Source: Heptranchias perlo | Lineage: Eukaryota | Assembly (NCBI RefSeq): GCF_035084215.1 | Contig: NC_090340.1 | Span: 15,376,001 to 15,440,000 of the forward strand | Direction: 5' to 3' | Length of the DNA stretch: 64,000 nt | In this document: positions 62,005 through 64,000 of the stretch, piece after piece | How positions within the stretch are numbered: position 1 is the first letter of the stretch | How the letters are laid out: each line of letters opens with the position of its first letter | The notes under the pieces: model-generated | What the model saw: the letters and a program-made list of their open reading frames with translations, nothing else | What the model was told of the DNA's origin: nothing | The model's database searches: none | Program-made: the position numbers and the translations under genes

Positions 62005-63639
62005 TCTGAGCAATAGATTAAACAGTAAGTGTGAGTTTGCAACTGTTAAGAATGGTTTGCGGTTTGTTTCCTATGAAATACGTCGCAATGACGTTTGACA
62101 TCCTGTAACTGCGACTTCAGAAATTAGGCTTCGTTTGTTAAGTGGGATTTTCTAACTTCTGTACTTATTCAACTGCTGAAATCACATCTGTCACAGACAG
62201 CAAAGAGTAAGAGAAAATATTTGATTTTCAAATGCATAATTTACTAAAACTGGAGGAGTCAGTGTTGTTTCCTGATGATTTAAGATGCCGGAATGGAGGT
62301 GCGAGAGCGATATTCCTGGGGTGAATTTCGCAAGACGTTGATGCGTACATTGACCTTCCTCTGCCAACTACTTTAACGTGACCTAATGCCAAATCAATAC
62401 AAAGTAGGTACTATCACAGGTCGCTCATAATCAGCCTTTGAATAATAAGCAGCAATATTTTCTGAGAAACGTTGGTAAGAAAAAAAAATGGACTGATTAA
62501 TGCGACAGTTATCCGTGTGCAGACTGTTTACTATAAGTTCACAATTCCGTGCACATCCCAGGTGATATTAGACCGATGCTGTGCTTTGTAATGTGTTGTA
62601 CCCCGGGAGACTTGACACAAATCCGAACTGAGTAATGTGAAAGGTGAAAGATCAGTGATCACGTGATCGTGTGCCTTGTCGTGCGATTGGGTGTTGATGC
62701 TGGTGCAGGAAACCGTCCATTGTGACGTGCTGAGTTGTTGTAACGTCGTTCTATGGGCAGCTGGATGAAGTTGCAAACCGCGAGCCTCTTTGTTATCAAT
62801 TGTTCATCTCTATATTTCTATAACTTTCCGTCGTTCAAAAAGCACACGTCGTACGATCCCATTATATAGCTGCAGATGTGTCCTTGAAGTCTAGATATAT
62901 GTGCAATTTTATTGTCCTGTTATCAGCTCGCGGGTTCTGTCCAAAGCGAATACAATGCATTAATGGTAGCCACGTTAAAGTTGTGCAAATTGTGTTTATA
63001 GTGGTTATGTTACTTAGCTGAACACAAATTAGCCGCCTAAAGAGTTGCAAGTAAAACACTCAAGACCGAAGAATGTGTTAACAACAGTGAATGGTAATAT
63101 TCTTCCCACTCGAGGCTCTGGTGTGTTGCAGGCTTCATCACCGTTTGAAGCGTATCCCCTCAGAGAAGATATAGCGCAGAATTAAAAAAACATCTACGCA
63201 ATTAAAAATCTCGCATATTGCCCGTGTCCATGGGGACCAAACTTGAACAATATAGGTAAAACTTCGCAATCGGCAGCACGCCACAGATTAACACGTCATG
63301 CTTCTCTGATTGGTTCAGATAACCAATCTCCATTAAGTTTACCGGATTGATTTTTTCAGATATGGAGAGTAGCGAATGCAATAATACCCGCCCCCTCCCC
63401 ACAAAACCCAGCAACAACAAAAGCAACAATTTGCACTTACAATGTGCCTCTAACGTGGAAAAAAGACACAAGACGGTTCACAGAGCAGTGAGAAAAATAG
63501 GAGATGGAGCCAATAAAGGTGATATTAGGACCGAATGATTTCTGAAAGAGGGAGATTCTAAAGAGGCTTGTAAAGGAGAAGGGGCAGCTGGAGAGACCTC
63601 TTCAGGCAGAAGTCCCGAGTGGCTGATACTCCTCCTGAG

Positions 63640-64000
63640 GTCGCCACCGTCACAGATGCCAGTCATCAGCCAAATCGATTCACTCCATCTGATATCAAGA
63701 AACGGCTGAGTGCACTGGACAGATCAACTTCCCCGCTGTAGTGCTGAAGACCTGCTACAGAATTAGCCACACGTCCAGCCAAGTGTTCAAATACAGCTAC
63801 AACGCTGGCACCTACCCGACAAAGTGGAAAATTGCTCAGATATGTCCTGGCCACTAAAAGCACGACAAATCCAATCGGGCCAATTACCACCTCATCAGCC
63901 TGCTCTCAATCATCAGCAAAGTGATGCAAGGTGTCATCGATACTGCTATCAAGTGGCACTTAATGACCAATAACCTGCTCACTGATGCTCAGGATCAAGA
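63640..64000 (+). mobile_element. CR1 RT fragment (runs off the window)
   Basis: Similar to the 582-aa RT (RFTP.DIKKRLSALD; KWKIAQ.CP). Confidence 0.8.

Noticed and set aside
61273-62013. 246-aa single-exon ORF
   Set aside because: It is the leader exon, a 171-nt intron that happens to be open, the V exon and intron read-through. Canonical splice sites match the paralogues.
620-63890. The many 60-150 aa ORFs in the track
   Set aside because: Most are antisense or off-frame translations of TEs, introns or the real exons, and have no recognisable domains.

Overview
Eukaryotic, repeat-rich genomic DNA. The CR1/L2/Penelope/Deu-SINE repeat landscape points to a cartilaginous fish (shark); this is an inference. 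The ORF track shows only scattered exons, but manual GT-AG exon assembly reveals a four-gene cluster of paralogous immunoglobulin-superfamily receptors with a germline-joined VJ-type V domain. The genes are arranged as a mirror: A(+, 5'-partial) B(+) ... C(-) D(-). D is leader-VJ-C1-TM with a SIRPalpha-like tail carrying four ITIM/ITSM-type tyrosines; A, visible only from the TM exon onward, has the same tail. B is leader-VJ-C1-TM(Arg) with a two-tyrosine tail that appears clipped by a nonsense codon. C is leader-VJ-TM(Arg) with a short ITIM-less tail (NKp30/NCR3-like activating layout) and carries a decayed C1 pseudo-exon in its intron. Together they look like an inhibitory/activating paired-receptor system built by inverted duplication of a two-gene cassette. 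The rest is transposable elements: nested CR1, Penelope, L1, L2, SINEs, Harbinger-like elements and MITEs, plus a 38-bp minisatellite, a fold-back inverted repeat and a near-identical 590-bp local duplication. All gene models were built by eye and have no transcript support. TE boundaries are approximate.
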